DNA of 64,000 nucleotides from assembly GCA_964016885.1 (NCBI GenBank), contig OZ024742.1, positions 338,210,001 to 338,274,000 of the forward strand, read 5' to 3'. The position numbers and the translations under genes were made by a program. The stretch comes from Eledone cirrhosa. Taxonomy: Eukaryota. How positions within the stretch are numbered: the stretch's first letter is position 1; each line of letters opens with the position of its first letter. Positions 12,751 through 25,860 of this stretch are shown here, piece after piece. Below the pieces are notes generated by a model. That model saw nothing but the letters and a program-made list of their open reading frames with translations. It searched no databases and was not told the DNA's origin.

Positions 12751-14229
12751 TATTCTCACTCAGTGGAAATTATTCAAGTAAAATGTCCATTGATCGAATG
12801 TGATTGAATAGTGTGTTATTGGCTACCAAGATAATACAGATTATGGATGCCTACCAATTGGAAATAATGCACAGAAATGTATTGATGTCAAGTGAGATCT
12901 GATGGGCAAATACATTTAATGGATGGCTTCTTGACGAAAAAGTCGTTACAGCTGATGAATGGTGTAGTGGATAGATGTATTCTTTTCAGGATGAATGATA
13001 AAACGAATGATCCCAGAATTGTTTATTTTACAATAACAAAATTCACTTATTGGTACATTGAATATTAAGTAATAAAATCCTGACAGCAATTATCACTACA
13101 TTATTTTCTTACTAACTACTTCGAGCTAGCGTGTATGCATGTATCAATAAAACGATACAATAGAAGTGAAATGACAGGAAGCCGAAAGGATAGATAAATT
13201 GTAGTAGTGAAATATATAATGAAACCTACTATGTGTGTGTGTTTGTTTATCCTTAGTTTACGTTGCTCCTGTAGTTGGTCAATCTGCTGAGCTGGTATGA
13301 AATGTGAGAGCCTGTAAGGCTAGGAGAGAGAAAGAGTAAAAGGTCTGTAGATAGTGAATGGCTACATTGTTAACCTCTCACAGACTGCTACTTCGGAGTC
13401 TCTCTGGTGGACACTAAGTACTTGTATTTATAATAACCCTATAGCTAGAAGGGTGTGTATATGAGTTGATTTATGAGTAGCCATGTGTGTTTCATCTGTT
13501 GAGAACCTGGGGTCACAGGTCAAGTGGCATATACGTTTATCATATGTTTATCTCTTCACAGGACAATGGTGGGAACTCCCAACAATAGGTGGTTTTAGAG
13601 GTGAGAACCCTCAGATTTAGTTGTGAATCTTCGCCAGGTAAAATATAGGAGTATTCCGTTACAGTCCAAGTATACAGAAAAGTCAAATTGTACCAACTTT
13701 GGCAGCACTGCTTGACAGTCTACAGTTGTAGCCGTAGGTCAATTCTAATCCAGTAGTTTGATAACAAACATAATCAGTTGAATGACTACATTTGTTCCTC
13801 TTATACAGTGACTCTATTTAGTCTGTGATGCAGCATAGCAGTCTGGGCATGTACCTTTTTCACTGTCCAGTATATTTCCTCAACAGTTAACTACTTATGT
13901 TGTACTCCCTATGAGACTAGAGAAGCTGTCTTACATGGCTGCGTTTGTAAGGCTGCGTCTTTAGTTTGCTGTCTTTTGTAAATAGATCATGGCAACATGA
14001 AGGAAAAAGGTAGCTTCATTTTTTGAATACTTTTCTTATTGAAATGTAGAATATAAAATTAAGAGAAAAATACTTCAATTACTGAAAATGAAACTTAAAC
14101 TTCAGAATAATCAATAGAGTTAAAGTGTGTATGGGGTGAGGTGAAGGAAGATGTAGAGAAATAGTTGAAAGATTATATTAGAAGTAAATGATTCAATATG
14201 TCTTGCCATTAAGACTTGATAATTTGTCG

Positions 14230-15350
14230 AAGGTGGTTCAACTAGTCATGTTCCGAATAATCAACTGAGCGATGCTGCAAATGTATGTTTGCAGTTTCCT
14301 CATGTGATTCTTTCGCCACCAAAGAGTACACAGCAGTCTGTATAAGTTGGAGGTTGGCATAAGAATGGGCAATCTCACCTACACTGTGTTGGCAATGGAG
14401 GTCATCCTAAAGGTAGCAATGTGTTGGTTAGGTACAACAGTGCTTGGAGAGGGATTTCGAATGGACCCTCTAAAAGCCTTCATGGACGACGCTACAGTCC
14501 TTGCCACAAAGGAAGATGAAATACGTAGGGTATTGGAACAGTTGACTAAGGTAGTTGAATCTTCCAGAATGAGGTTGAAACAAAAAAAATCCCTTACAAT
14601 CAAAGAAATAATGAGAAGCACTCAGGCCAATAGGCAAGGACTGGCTGTATAAAAATGGAATGGTCGCTAGAGGCCAGTGGACAGATGAGGAGAGGTCTAA
14701 TTAGAGAATTCCAGGCGGCAGTACAGCAGAGCCAACAGGGTCTGGATGGTTTGTGGCATAAGTTATCTTTCAGAATCATTTCGAATATGAATTTAGTGAA
14801 GTGGGGCTAATCAGATAGACCCGAGTACACACTCTGCCAGGGTAGACAGACAGTGGAACACATTCTGAGCTCATGCAGAGTAGCACTAGCCCAAGGTAGA
14901 TGCATGTGGAGACACAATTAAGTAGTTAAGGAAATCGTACATGTCATAAGTACAACAAAAACAAAACCCATCGTACGAGAATCTCCAACATCATTCTATA
15001 TGGCAGGAGGCAGCAAATGAAGGCTAGGAACAGCTATGCCATACAGGGTACAAGAATCAAGTTTTCTGAATTGTACGTATGACTGGCTGGATGTGTACAT
15101 CAGGCCTCCTAGGGTCAGCAAAGCACACAGAAATCATCAGAAAGAATGGTTTGAGGCCGGATATCATATTCCATTTAAATTCATCAAAACAGCTGATTTT
15201 GATTGAACTGACCATGTCATTTAAAAGTAGAATAGAAGAAGCACATATGTTCAAGACCGAAGGATACGCCAGTTTGGTCAACAGACTGAGAAATGCAGAC
15301 TTCCGAGTCAGGAGGAGGAGGATCAAAAGCGGCCTCCATCCCGTTTGAGG
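14230..15350 (+). mobile_element. Degraded RLE-type non-LTR retrotransposon, HERO-like
   Basis: EVGI.MG..., LKAFMDD (RT); LCQGRQTVEHILSSC (zinc knuckle); WRHN; LRPDI...LIELT...K...Y (restriction-like endonuclease). Confidence 0.75.
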
Positions 15351-15975
15351 GCTCAGTGTTTGTATTTTACACAGACTAAGTGAAATAACTGAGTGTGCGG
15401 TGTTTTGTAGTGGTGGCGGTGACGGTGATACTGTTGACTCTCCGCCACCATGAGCTACGCTATATTTCCAAGTTCAAGAAAACATTTAAACATAAATTTG
15501 AAATCAGAGGCAACGGAGAGAACCAGCTAGATCCTGTTAACAAAATCACAATGCTGTTTAAATACACAGAAAGTCTTCGATACCAGAATGGCTAAAGGCC
15601 AACAGAAGGGCACCCAGGAGCTATGACTTGGATGCGGTCTGGACCTTCTAGAGCGTAAGAAGTTAAGAGCAGAAGCTCATGTTCGTGGGGTCTGTGAAGA
15701 CCTGCTCTCCTAAGAGTTTCTTACCACCACCCAGACCCTTCGTCCGACCCCCATTTACATAATTCTCTGCCTTACATCTTCACATGTCTGACTCTCGTTT
15801 CTTGGTACACCAAACTATCCTTTTCTCCCACTACATTATGCAATTACTCTTTCTCTCTCTCTCACTTTTCCACCCTTACATTTCATACACGATTCTCCTT
15901 TCTTATTACTTCACACTTTACCCCTTTCTCTTTTTTCTCCCTCACCTTATTTACTGCGGAATTATATGTTTATTT

Positions 15976-16179
15976 ACTTCCGCCCGCCATTACATTTCCT
16001 TAATTCTCAGTCAAAATATTTTGGTCTGAAATTTTACATCTTTTCACTTCTCACCTTTCTGATATAAAGTAACTTTATCTGAAATATATTATCTGTCCCA
16101 CACGGAACATATGAGATTAACAATAGAGAAATATTTGAATTGAAAAACTATCGGAGGAACATACGAAGAAGAGGTAAGT
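15976..16179 (+). promoter_or_regulatory. Putative promoter and non-coding exon 1 for the next ZNF copy
   Basis: ACTTCCG (ETS-like) at 15976, CCGCCATT (YY1-like) at 15984, TCAGTC (Inr-like) at 16007 and donor GAG|GTAAGT at 16174. The arrangement is conserved in the paralog at 53244-53447. Confidence 0.55.
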
Positions 16180-16489
16180 AATTTTGAAAGAAGTTGTTTG
16201 TGAAATTTTATTAATAAACGTGAATTGTTGGTGATATTCTGTGTAACTTACAACATATAAATATATATGAATAAATAATCTACAAACGATCAACGTGACA
16301 ACATCTGTTTAATTAACAAAATTATATTTGTTCCACCTCGACTCAATTTTATCAACATTGGCCGCCAATTATGTTATCAAACCAACTCCTTTCTCTTCCC
16401 AATTGTCCTATTTATCGGATATGATATTCTATAATAATAATGAAAATATTGTGTACAGTGCTCAGGTGCACTACAACTCATCAAAAGTG

Positions 16490-17923
16490 GGCATACGTCA
16501 AAACGGCCGGTCGCAAAAGTGAAACTAATTTTTGACAGTTACGTACTTCATTACTTTCAATTTGGATTGTGAATTTGTCTGTTTTTTTACAACAGGTCTC
16601 GATAGTGAAAGTGAATTTTGTTGATGGTGTTAATTAGTATTGCGTGTACGTGATATTTTTTTTTTTTCTTTTTTTGTGTATTGTGTGTACGGAAAATTTT
16701 TTTTTAAATAATGACATTGTGTGTTGAAATAAATAAATTTTTTTTTTTTTTAAATAACTACATAGTTATATACGTTTGTTGCATATAAAATATAAATTGA
16801 CGTACCTTATGAAAATCCTTATTACACCCTATAAATAGCTGAAATACAGTTGATGATCTCGCCAAACTTGTTGGCACCAACTCTCTGCCGCCAAAGAAAT
16901 TCAGCTAGATATGAGGGGAATAAAGCATCGCTTGTCCCATGCTGTTGAGGATTCGCCTCCAAATACTGCTCACAAATTTCTCTAACGAAATTGCACCAGT
17001 CTATAATTGTCGGCTTGCTAAGTCCTGTTTCTCTCATCATCTCAGTTTGGGCATGATCGTAGCACCACATATAGATAATGCCAATAAGGTGTTCGAGTCG
17101 AACACGGCTTCGATAAAGTAAAGAATTACGTCGCACCGATTGACTAAATTTGTCGCGGGCGCATCGCCATCTCCATTTATCAATCCCCTCAGAATTTCTT
17201 TGCAATGTGCATGCCTCATTGCAGACAGGACAATTCACACTGTTCGCCAACAGACGCCGACTCGCCAACCACTGTAACATACACAACGTGTCACCGTGTA
17301 TCGCCGGGAACAGTGTATACACTGTTTCAAAACGATTAAGAATAGCATTGGTATCCAAAATATCTTCAACTAAGGTAACGCGACCATACACTCGTCCAGC
17401 CATATTTGATGTGACACTGTATTACAATCCAGCCCTTCGGTGCTTCGTTTAAAAAATAAAATTTTCCCAGCCCTTCTGACGCCAATCTGCCATTCTGACC
17501 CCAAGCTGCCGTTCTGACCCCAAGCTGCCCCTCTGACCCAAATCCCTTATCATTCTCTGTCCTTCTTATGACACTACCTTAATTTCTTTGGCGACAGAGA
17601 GTTGGTGCCAACAAGTTTGGCGAGATGATCAACTGTATTTCAGCTATTTATAGGGTGTAATAAGGATTTTCAATATTTATTTATTTCAACACACAATGTC
17701 ATTATTTAAAAAAAATTTTCCGTACACACAATACACAAAAATAGAATTAAAAAAAATTATCACGTACACGCAATACTAATTAACACCAACAAAATTCACT
17801 TTCACTATTGAGGCCTGTTGTAAAAAAACAAACAAATTCACAATCCAAATTGAAAGTAATGATGTACGTAACTGTCGTCAAAAATTAGTTTCACTTTTGT
17901 GACCGGCCGTTTTGACATATGCC
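16490..17923 (-). mobile_element. Merlin (IS1016/IS1595-related) DNA transposon, internally deleted, with long inverted arms
   Basis: Termini GGCATACGTCAAAACGGCCGGTC and GACCGGCCGTTTTGACATATGCC; 8-bp TSD CAAAAGTG/CACAAGTG. An empty CR1 site is visible at about 62763. Short internal tandem repeats lie at 17470-17540. Confidence 0.88.
16822..17403 (-). CDS. Merlin transposase derivative (Zn ribbon plus HTH plus C-terminal SYLAEFLWR; DDE core deleted in frame)
   Basis: CPVC...WRC, TIIDWCNFVREIC and SYLAEFLWR are motifs typical of Merlin transposases; the VEIDES catalytic region is absent. Confidence 0.75.
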   Translation of the reverse strand: MAGRVYGRVTLVEDILDTNAILNRFETVYTLFPAIHGDTLCMLQWLASRRLLANSVNCPVCNEACTLQRNSEGIDKWRWRCARDKFSQSVRRNSLLYRSRVRLEHLIGIIYMWCYDHAQTEMMRETGLSKPTIIDWCNFVREICEQYLEANPQQHGTSDALFPSYLAEFLWRQRVGANKFGEIINCISAIYRV

Positions 17924-18789
17924 CACAAGTGTATGTATAGTACATAGGGTAATGTACAAACGTCTGGAAAATGAACAGTGCATGAGTCATGATATACACG
18001 TGTGCATGTGTATGGAAGGGGGACATCAGGTGTAGTTTTTGGCGAATTTCGGGAAGCATGAGGGGTTTTTAAGGATGCAGTATCTCGGCAGCTAACAAAT
18101 GACGCAGGCAGTTTGTTCCATGTTTCCGAAAGTCATGGGAGCTGTGCTCTTTTCTGTCTTTGTAGGCATGTCCACGTGTGTTAGACACATGGAGATCAAA
18201 AAGGTGCTCAGGGTTGTTGTTGGCGAGATGGTTAATAACTTTGTGGGTGTTTACCAAGTCAGTTGCCAGACGTCGGAACTTCAATGAATCCATGCCGAGG
18301 GAAGCAAGGCGTTCAGAGTATGGTAGGTATGGTCGTACCATAGCTGTATACAGCTTTAAATAGATGGCTGGAGAGCGGCTAACAAAGGTCTTGCTGAGTG
18401 ATGCCAAGACACCCTTGGCTTTCTTGACAATTTTAGAGATGTGCTTTGTCCAATGCAAATCGCTGCTGACAGTAATGCCCAGGTCACGTTCACAAGAGGA
18501 CTTCTTGATATCAGTGTTGTGGAGGGAGTATGTGGACGCTGGATTTTTCCTTCCAAAATGCATGGTGGTACACTTGTCCACAGCCAGCTTCAGTTGCCAG
18601 TCTGTGATCCATTGCTGCATTGTGTCCAGGTCTGATTGTAAGAAAGAGTTATAGATTTCATCTGAATATTTCAGTATGTATTATGTATTTTTTGTTTACG
18701 TTTTCCTAAATATTGTGTGTGTGTACAAAAGGATCTGCGCATGTATGTATAACTAAAAAAAAAAAAAGTATGTATATATATATATACAT

Positions 18790-19060
18790 ACAGGTCACCA
18801 GTTGGTGCTACTGGTAACATGCATCCCAGTACAACCTGTCTCATGGTCGGGTCGGCGACTAAACTGGCAACCCCACCAACGTTTCTTGGTGAGGAGGGTG
18901 ACTTTGGACATCCTGCAGGACTAAAAACAAAACCTGTCAAAGGGCAAAGGAGCTCTTAAGCGTCAATGGCCATCCAAAATCACCGGGAGAGATGACCCCT
19001 TAGCCTTTGTCAAGGCAGAATTCTAGGAGAAGGAAAACTCTGATATAACACCTGCAACCC
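18790..19060 (+). mobile_element. Probable RTE-type 5' UTR fragment with stem-loops
   Basis: Contains CTAGGAGAAGGAAAACTCTGA, which I recall from RTE 5' UTRs, and several complementary segments. It starts directly after a (TA)n tract. Confidence 0.4.
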
Positions 19061-20641
19061 TGATGGTATCCAATGATGTTGACTTGTTCTTCTTTTTGGT
19101 AAATATCAGCTTGGTTAAGAGAGTGGGACTGGCTTTGTGCAGTGACTTTGCTCACTATAAAAGCTTCACGGCACAGGCATTGGTTTATATCTGGGGATCT
19201 CTCTGCACTTGTCATCACATGGTGCCATGGGCCCAGCACTATGTGTCAATAATTGTCACAAGTGTAGTGTTTGTACCAGAGTTTTCAAGTCGCTGGCTGG
19301 ACTAAAAAGTCACACTTGTTCTGTGCATCGGTAGGTAAGTTATATAGTAACACATTACCATTGTTCAGTCTGTCTGATAAATAGGACTTTAGTCATTTGA
19401 ATATGCCTGTTACTCCAAAGTGTTTCTCCATCTTGTTGAATACAATTTTGTAGTCAATGTAATTAGAAAACATCAGTCCTATGTACAAAAAAGTGTTTGT
19501 AATATTTGTTTTTTGTTTCAGTTATTTTATTAAATGCCTCAAACGTGAGTGCTTGCCTAAGAACGGGACGAAAGGATCCTTCAGTTGTGAAGGGCACGAA
19601 AACCTCCCTAGTGTTGGTGATCTACATGATAAACTCACCCAGTATTTACTGTAATGTGGTTGGTGATATGAAGGGTATCCAGCTGTAAAAAGCTGGCTAA
19701 ACAAAGGTTTAGGAGGTCCCTCTTGTGTCCAAGACAGGACAACCTCCCTAGTCCTGGAGCCATGATAAAATGTACTTGGGTGAGATGTAGACACCTGGCC
19801 TGTCTGGGAGCTCAGTTTGTGAAAAGCTGTCCAACTCTTGGTAGTAGAGAAATGGATGTTAGATCATTATACTAATAAACAGTTAGGAATTTACAGATAC
19901 AGATCAATCAGGTACTGTTTATTTCTGTCTTATGAATTTTATATCCTAAGTATGGCAATATAGGAATACTGATTATAATAATTCTCTTGATACATTAGGA
20001 TTTAATAATGACTAAAATCATTAAACAGGGTTTATGTGGTGGGGTGGATGTTTATACTAGGCTAAAATAAAGATTGGTAAAAAGAATCACCTTAAGACAC
20101 TCCCAAAACTAATAAACAAGTTCTGTACAATCAGATCTGATCTTTTTTGATTATATATAGAAGATACTGAAATCCAGTGGAATATTGTTTTGTGACTGTT
20201 GTTTAAGAAATTTGGCTATTTAGATGAAAGGTTCTCAACGATGGGGGCGCTGGAAGGCTCTTTCCTTTGGTAAACTTTATAAACCATATTTGTACATTTC
20301 TGAGACAGCTGGTGTGAATGCATTTGAATGAAGAAAACAAAGAAAATAAATAAAAGAATCTTGTCAACGAATTCCCTAGGGAGATAAATAAAAGAAATCA
20401 AAGAAAATGAAAATAAGGGCAACGTCAAGTATGACAACAGTTACAAGAACAACTTCAACAGAAATGACAAGAAAAAGAAGCAATGGTGATGAAAGGTGTT
20501 GGTGTATACTTATACATACATACATACATACGAACATATAGACGCATACATATGTACATACATACATACATATACACATATACACACAGAGGCCAGCATT
20601 GTTGTTTGATGAGGTTAAAAAACTGTGGTAGTTAATCTCCC

Positions 20642-23036
20642 TTATTCATTGTGTTGTATCAGATGAAAGAATGGTATTTAACTAATGTATTGGTACGTGA
20701 TGGGGCCCACCCACAGCCCCGGTGGACAGAATGGAGAAGGCGTTTCCCCGGAGTACGGCAAGGGAGACGCGCTGGAAAAGAGTCGGTGCAAGTGGCATCC
20801 CAGACGAGGGGTTTGCCACCGCGGAACGGGAAGATGGTCATGCCATCTGGCCTTTTGCTGTTCCCTCGATCCAGCTCCACCGACCCGAGCTTTCTCAAGG
20901 GTTCTGTTGTGTTTTGAAGAACCCTGCTGACGAGGACGCGGCACGCGGTTACCAACAAAAGATACACCGGCAAAGCTAGTGAGATCGGGGACCGGAGGTC
21001 TAGGCTGCCATACCTAACCGGTAAAGTGGCCTGTTGCCACCTTATGTCGTCAAACTTGACGTTGCATATCCCCTCGGCTGCTGCTCGGATACATGTATCG
21101 AGGTCAGCGAGGAGAGATGTCTGGGTGTAGCATAGAGCGCTGCGGAGTGTACAGAGGAGCTTCGGCATGGCGAAGCAGTTCCTCAGCAGAAAGAGAGCTG
21201 GGTGGCCGTCAATCAAGCCCAGTTGGCTCATGAGAGTCTGGTGCTGTTGAAGCCTGGACCTGATGGTTGATCGGTGACCCGAGGAAGAGGACATCCTCTT
21301 TGGGGGTCACCTGAACCTGGCGGAGAATGGACCGCACGTCCAAGACGGAGGCTGCAGAGCTCGCAGCTTCGAGGCTGACGTTCACCTGGCCGAGTTGACC
21401 TGGAGGCCGATTCCCGCCAGGGCAGGAATCACCGATTGAAGGTCTTGGCAGACCATCCGTACGGGCCCGCCCAACGTAGCATCATCCAGATACCAAACGT
21501 TGAGGGGGGCCGTGATACTCCGGGCAATGTGGTCGGAGGGGTCCCAAAGGGTCGCCCTGTTGGACCCCAGTAGCCGAGGGTATGACCGTATCAGCAGCTA
21601 GGAGCAAGCTCGGGGCTCCATATGACAGAGGGTAGGCAGATGGGGCTCGGCTGAGGCAGGCCTCGAGCAGATGATCCCGGCGTACGGCGTAAAGAGTTAA
21701 AGGCATTCCTCATGTCAAGCTTGACAATGAGGTGCCTGGAGTCCCTGGATGCCGGTACCGATGGGCAGCTGCTGAAGAACTGCCTGATTGCATGAGAGGC
21801 TCCTCACAGCTACCGGACACGCCGGCACCCACTTGCACCGGACTAAACTCCTCACCCAGTTCGTGTGTGACGGACTTGCAGATCACCTTGGTAGCCAGCC
21901 TCCGGAAGACATTGCCCACAGCAATGGGGCGTATGCCACCCTCTTTCTTCCTGAGAGCGGTGAGGCTGTCAACTCCTTGAGGTGGCCTGGTCAGAGACCA
22001 TCAACACCTCCACAGCTGCTAGCTGGGAAGGACCTGATGGCGGCCATGATATCTGCATCAGTAACCACAAGGAGCAGGTGGGGGTATGAGTCTGAGATCA
22101 GTGAGTGGCTCAGGGTGTTTGAGCCGAAGAGCAGCAAGGATCTCCTCGGTGGGTTGGGTGACTGTGTCCTCTGAGGCAACAACTCTGACTGCAGCCGAGG
22201 CATCACCCATGATAAGCTTTGTGTTTACCTGGTCACGCAAACGCTTGGCGCTGGCCTCGGGGGTTGAGGATAGGGGGGTACCTGAGGGTGGGGTGTGTGG
22301 CGTCCCTGGGCCCGCTTGGAATGGGCGCTCGCCCAAATGACGAGACATTGGCCTTGACGAAGGCTGCTGTTGACCGGCAGCCCCGGTCAGCGCCAGAGCT
22401 GGGGAGGCCGAGGACGAATGGGGCGAAATAGAACAGCCGCTCCCAGTCACTGGCTCGATTGGAATCCAGGGCGCTCTAAATAGAAGAAGCGAGGGCATCA
22501 GCTACCGGCACCCGTGCCGCTCTCGGGATCCTAGGTGGGATCTTCCGGAGCCGCCTGAGCCGAGCGATGTTGACCAGCGAGGCTCGGGTGTCAAGGAAGC
22601 TCGCTGTCCCATCTGGTGGTGTGCCAGACGGCCGTGGCTAGGAAGACATGGGGAAGAGGCAGCTCCTGCGCCTCCACACTGCGAGGGCATTGGAAGCTCG
22701 ACGAGTCAAGCCAACGCAGGTGAGGTGGTGGAAGCAGCCGCACCCCAAACAGTTCTGGCCCCTCTTCCGTTTGTTAGTGGTGCTGCAAGTGCTGCAGGTG
22801 TCGATTTGGAGAGGTGGGTGATGGGGCGTGGGGCCAGGGACTGGGGCACCGAACGGTGGGTGGCTGGTGTGTGTGGGTGGAAAGGAAAGTGCTGGTAAGA
22901 GGGCATCATAGCTCACCTATATATATGGAGGTGCCAGAAAACGAGAGCGAAAAGGGGCTGCATGGAGGGGGAGATACAGGAAGGTAGAATGGCAGTAAAT
23001 GAATGAGTGAATGGATGAATGTACACAAAAAAAAGG
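20642..23036 (-). mobile_element. CRE-like RLE-type non-LTR retrotransposon with an N-terminal PHD-like finger; GC-rich and frameshifted
   Basis: CSTC...CLGCGCFHHLTC...W; GGIRPIAVGNVFRRL; SATGVQQGDPLGP; WYLDD; QATLPVR; KRPDG...LVWDATCTD. The empty site AATCTCCC|TAAGT is at about 59528. Confidence 0.8.
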
Positions 23037-23220
23037 TAAGTAATAAAATCTGGAAACAAAATTCTCTCCTTACCAAAAAAACAAATCATGTCAACATCCT
23101 TATAGGCACATATACACACACACTTAAATATAAATGCATGCATATATACAAATATATAAATGTATAGCTATATACATATGTAAATGTATGTATATATGTA
23201 TGTAGATTTATATATATATA

Positions 23221-24656
23221 CTAGCAGTTTAGCCCGGCGTTGCTTGGGTTTGTTCATTTGCTCTGAAAAGTTACATACAGGTAAACGTGGCTTCAAGCGA
23301 ATAAGCTTATTAATTAAGTGCATAAAGCAATTGAACTGGTTATTAAAAGTTACGATCCAATTAGCATTTTGGAAAATCAATGATGGGTTAATAATCTTCC
23401 AATAGCGAATTTAGCAGACCAAAGTTGCAAGATGGTGGCCCTGATGCCGCTGGGTGTCAAGGGGGAGTAGCGAAAAATTTCAATTGAACAGTGAATACGT
23501 GGAAAGTGAGTATTAAGTAAGTTGTATGAAGAATGCACGTCAAATAGTAGGTCAAACCTGTAAGCCAAGCCTGTCTGAGTTATAGCACAAAAGAGCATAA
23601 ACAGGGGCGATATTTTGGAACACACTGGAAAAAAAAATCATTGAAATCGGACGTTCCTGAAAAAAGTTTTCTAATTTTTTAGTCTCGTGTTGCGAACAAC
23701 AAAGAAAAAAAATTACAAAAAGGACAACAATAAAATGTCTTTGTTGAGATTCAAGTAAATGAATGCTTAAGCGTCGTTATGATTACGTTTGTTTTATAAA
23801 TTCATCTGTTGCTTTTGAATATTTGTTATTTGATGTAGAATGTAACGTTGAGAGAGGAATATGTATTTAGTGTGATGTGTTGCTTAATTATCAAAGTTTA
23901 TTTCGCATTCCTGAACGAAGAGGGGGAATGATCTATTATAGAGAGAGGGAAGAGCGACGGAGAGAGTGAAGCTAAGAAACCATAAGGAGGTGTGTTAAAC
24001 CTCGAAGCATGAAGAGAGTAAAGCAGTTGAATTATAGAGAGGGGGAATAATCTATTGTAGAGAGAGGGAAGAGCGACGGAGAGAGTGAAGCTATGTTTGT
24101 TGTATAAATCGATGTGTTGCTTAGTTCTCAAAGTTTGTTTCGCATTCCTTGAAAAGAAGTTTTGTCGCTGTTCTAAACTGTAATGGTGATAGAGTAGTAG
24201 AGGGAGGCATTAACCTTTTAAAGATAGTTGCAGAGGAGATTGAGGGGGGAGTAGAGGGAGGGATGAGCCTTTTAAAGAGAGTTGCAAAGGAGATTGAGGG
24301 GGGAGTAGAGGGAGGGATGAACCTTTTAAAGAGAGTTGCAGAGGAGATTGAGGGGGGAGTAGAGGGAGGGATGAACCTTTTAAAGAGAGTTGCAACATGT
24401 ATGTAGTTTCATAGATTGTTGAGGGTAGTAGTGTCAGTGAATAACGTGTAAGAGAGAGGGTTACAGCATGTATTTAGTTTTATCGATTTTTTCATAGAAG
24501 CAGGACATTGTTGGCAAACTTTATTATGCGTTGACCATCGTTGGTAAATTTTAGAGCACATTGGAAAAAAATCATCAAAATCGGTAGAGAAATGTGGAAA
24601 TGCATAAAAATCATACACAACACAAGCAGACATCTTCCGTTTTATATATATAGAGA
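23221..24656 (-). mobile_element. Non-autonomous Helitron
   Basis: On the minus strand the 5' end is A|TCTCTATATATATAAAACGG and the 3' end is CCCAAGCAACGCCGGG...CTAG|T, next to (TA)n. Confidence 0.7.
24192..24395. repeat. 54-bp minisatellite, about 3.8 units (about 1.8 units in the duplicate at 27240-27335)
   Basis: Repeating GTAGAGGGAGGGATGAACCTTTTAAAGAGAGTTGCAGAGGAGATTGAGGGGGGA. Confidence 0.9.
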
Positions 24657-24667
24657 TAATACACACA

Positions 24668-24925
24668 CACATCATCATTACCGTTTTACGTCCATGCTAG
24701 CATGGGTTAGACGGGTTGTCCTATTATGGACAGTGCCCGGTGGGCCGACCTTGTCTTGCTCATATGGGAACTGATTTTGGTTTGATTTTTACAACACCAA
24801 CCTCATTTACAGTGACTGCTGGATGCTTTTTTTTCCGTGGCGCCTACACGACCACTTTACAGTGTGGGCTGGGTGCTTTTTTTGCAGTGGGAGGGGTGGG
24901 GGACATGTCTATATGCTTCAGCTTA
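24668..24925 (-). mobile_element. RTE/SINE 3' tail fragment
   Basis: Reverse complement of the RTE 3' UTR at 50750-51055. Confidence 0.7.
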
Positions 24926-25327
24926 TATATACATATGAAAATTAGTTGTTTAAAAAAACCCAGATGTGCTACATGGGTGAAAGAATAAGGAAAAGAAATT
25001 GAGAATGCAACTGGAGTCTTTTAAGAATATTTATTTATTTACCGGTTTCAAAGTTCTTATGCTTTTCAAAAGTAAAATTGAGATGGAGTGTTTGTGTTTC
25101 TGTTGTGGTTTGACCACAACAATAGATCGTTCCTCAAGCTGATCGACAGTGAAACATATGTAATATGTTATTAAATATGTTATGATGCAACACTGATTCT
25201 TTGTTCCTTTATTCTTATGCTATTATACTCTGCTCTGCGCGAGCATTGAGTGCTCACCCGGCATACCGCCTACGGATGCAATTATCTTGCACCTATACAC
25301 TTATATACCTATATGTATATATATATA

Positions 25328-25860
<533 letters not shown>

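Larger units (their letters stand above)
16432..18660 (-). mobile_element. 5'-truncated CR1 (RT C-terminus plus 3' UTR), interrupted by a Merlin element
   Basis: ORF 18069-18620 is nearly identical to the C-terminus of 2691-3893. The 3' UTR continues on both sides of the Merlin element, with a (TTA)n tail at about 16432. Confidence 0.9.

Noticed and set aside
12750-13585. Possible solo LTR ending ...CCCAACA
   Set aside because: No second LTR, primer-binding site or convincing TSD could be established.
24149-24406. Repetitive EGGMNLLKRVAEEI ORF
   Set aside because: Translation of a 54-bp minisatellite inside a Helitron.
25030-25075. Possible Penelope-type hammerhead on the minus strand (TTGAAAAG...GAAACCGGTA-AATAAA)
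   Set aside because: The CUGANGA core and stems are degenerate; at most a decayed remnant.
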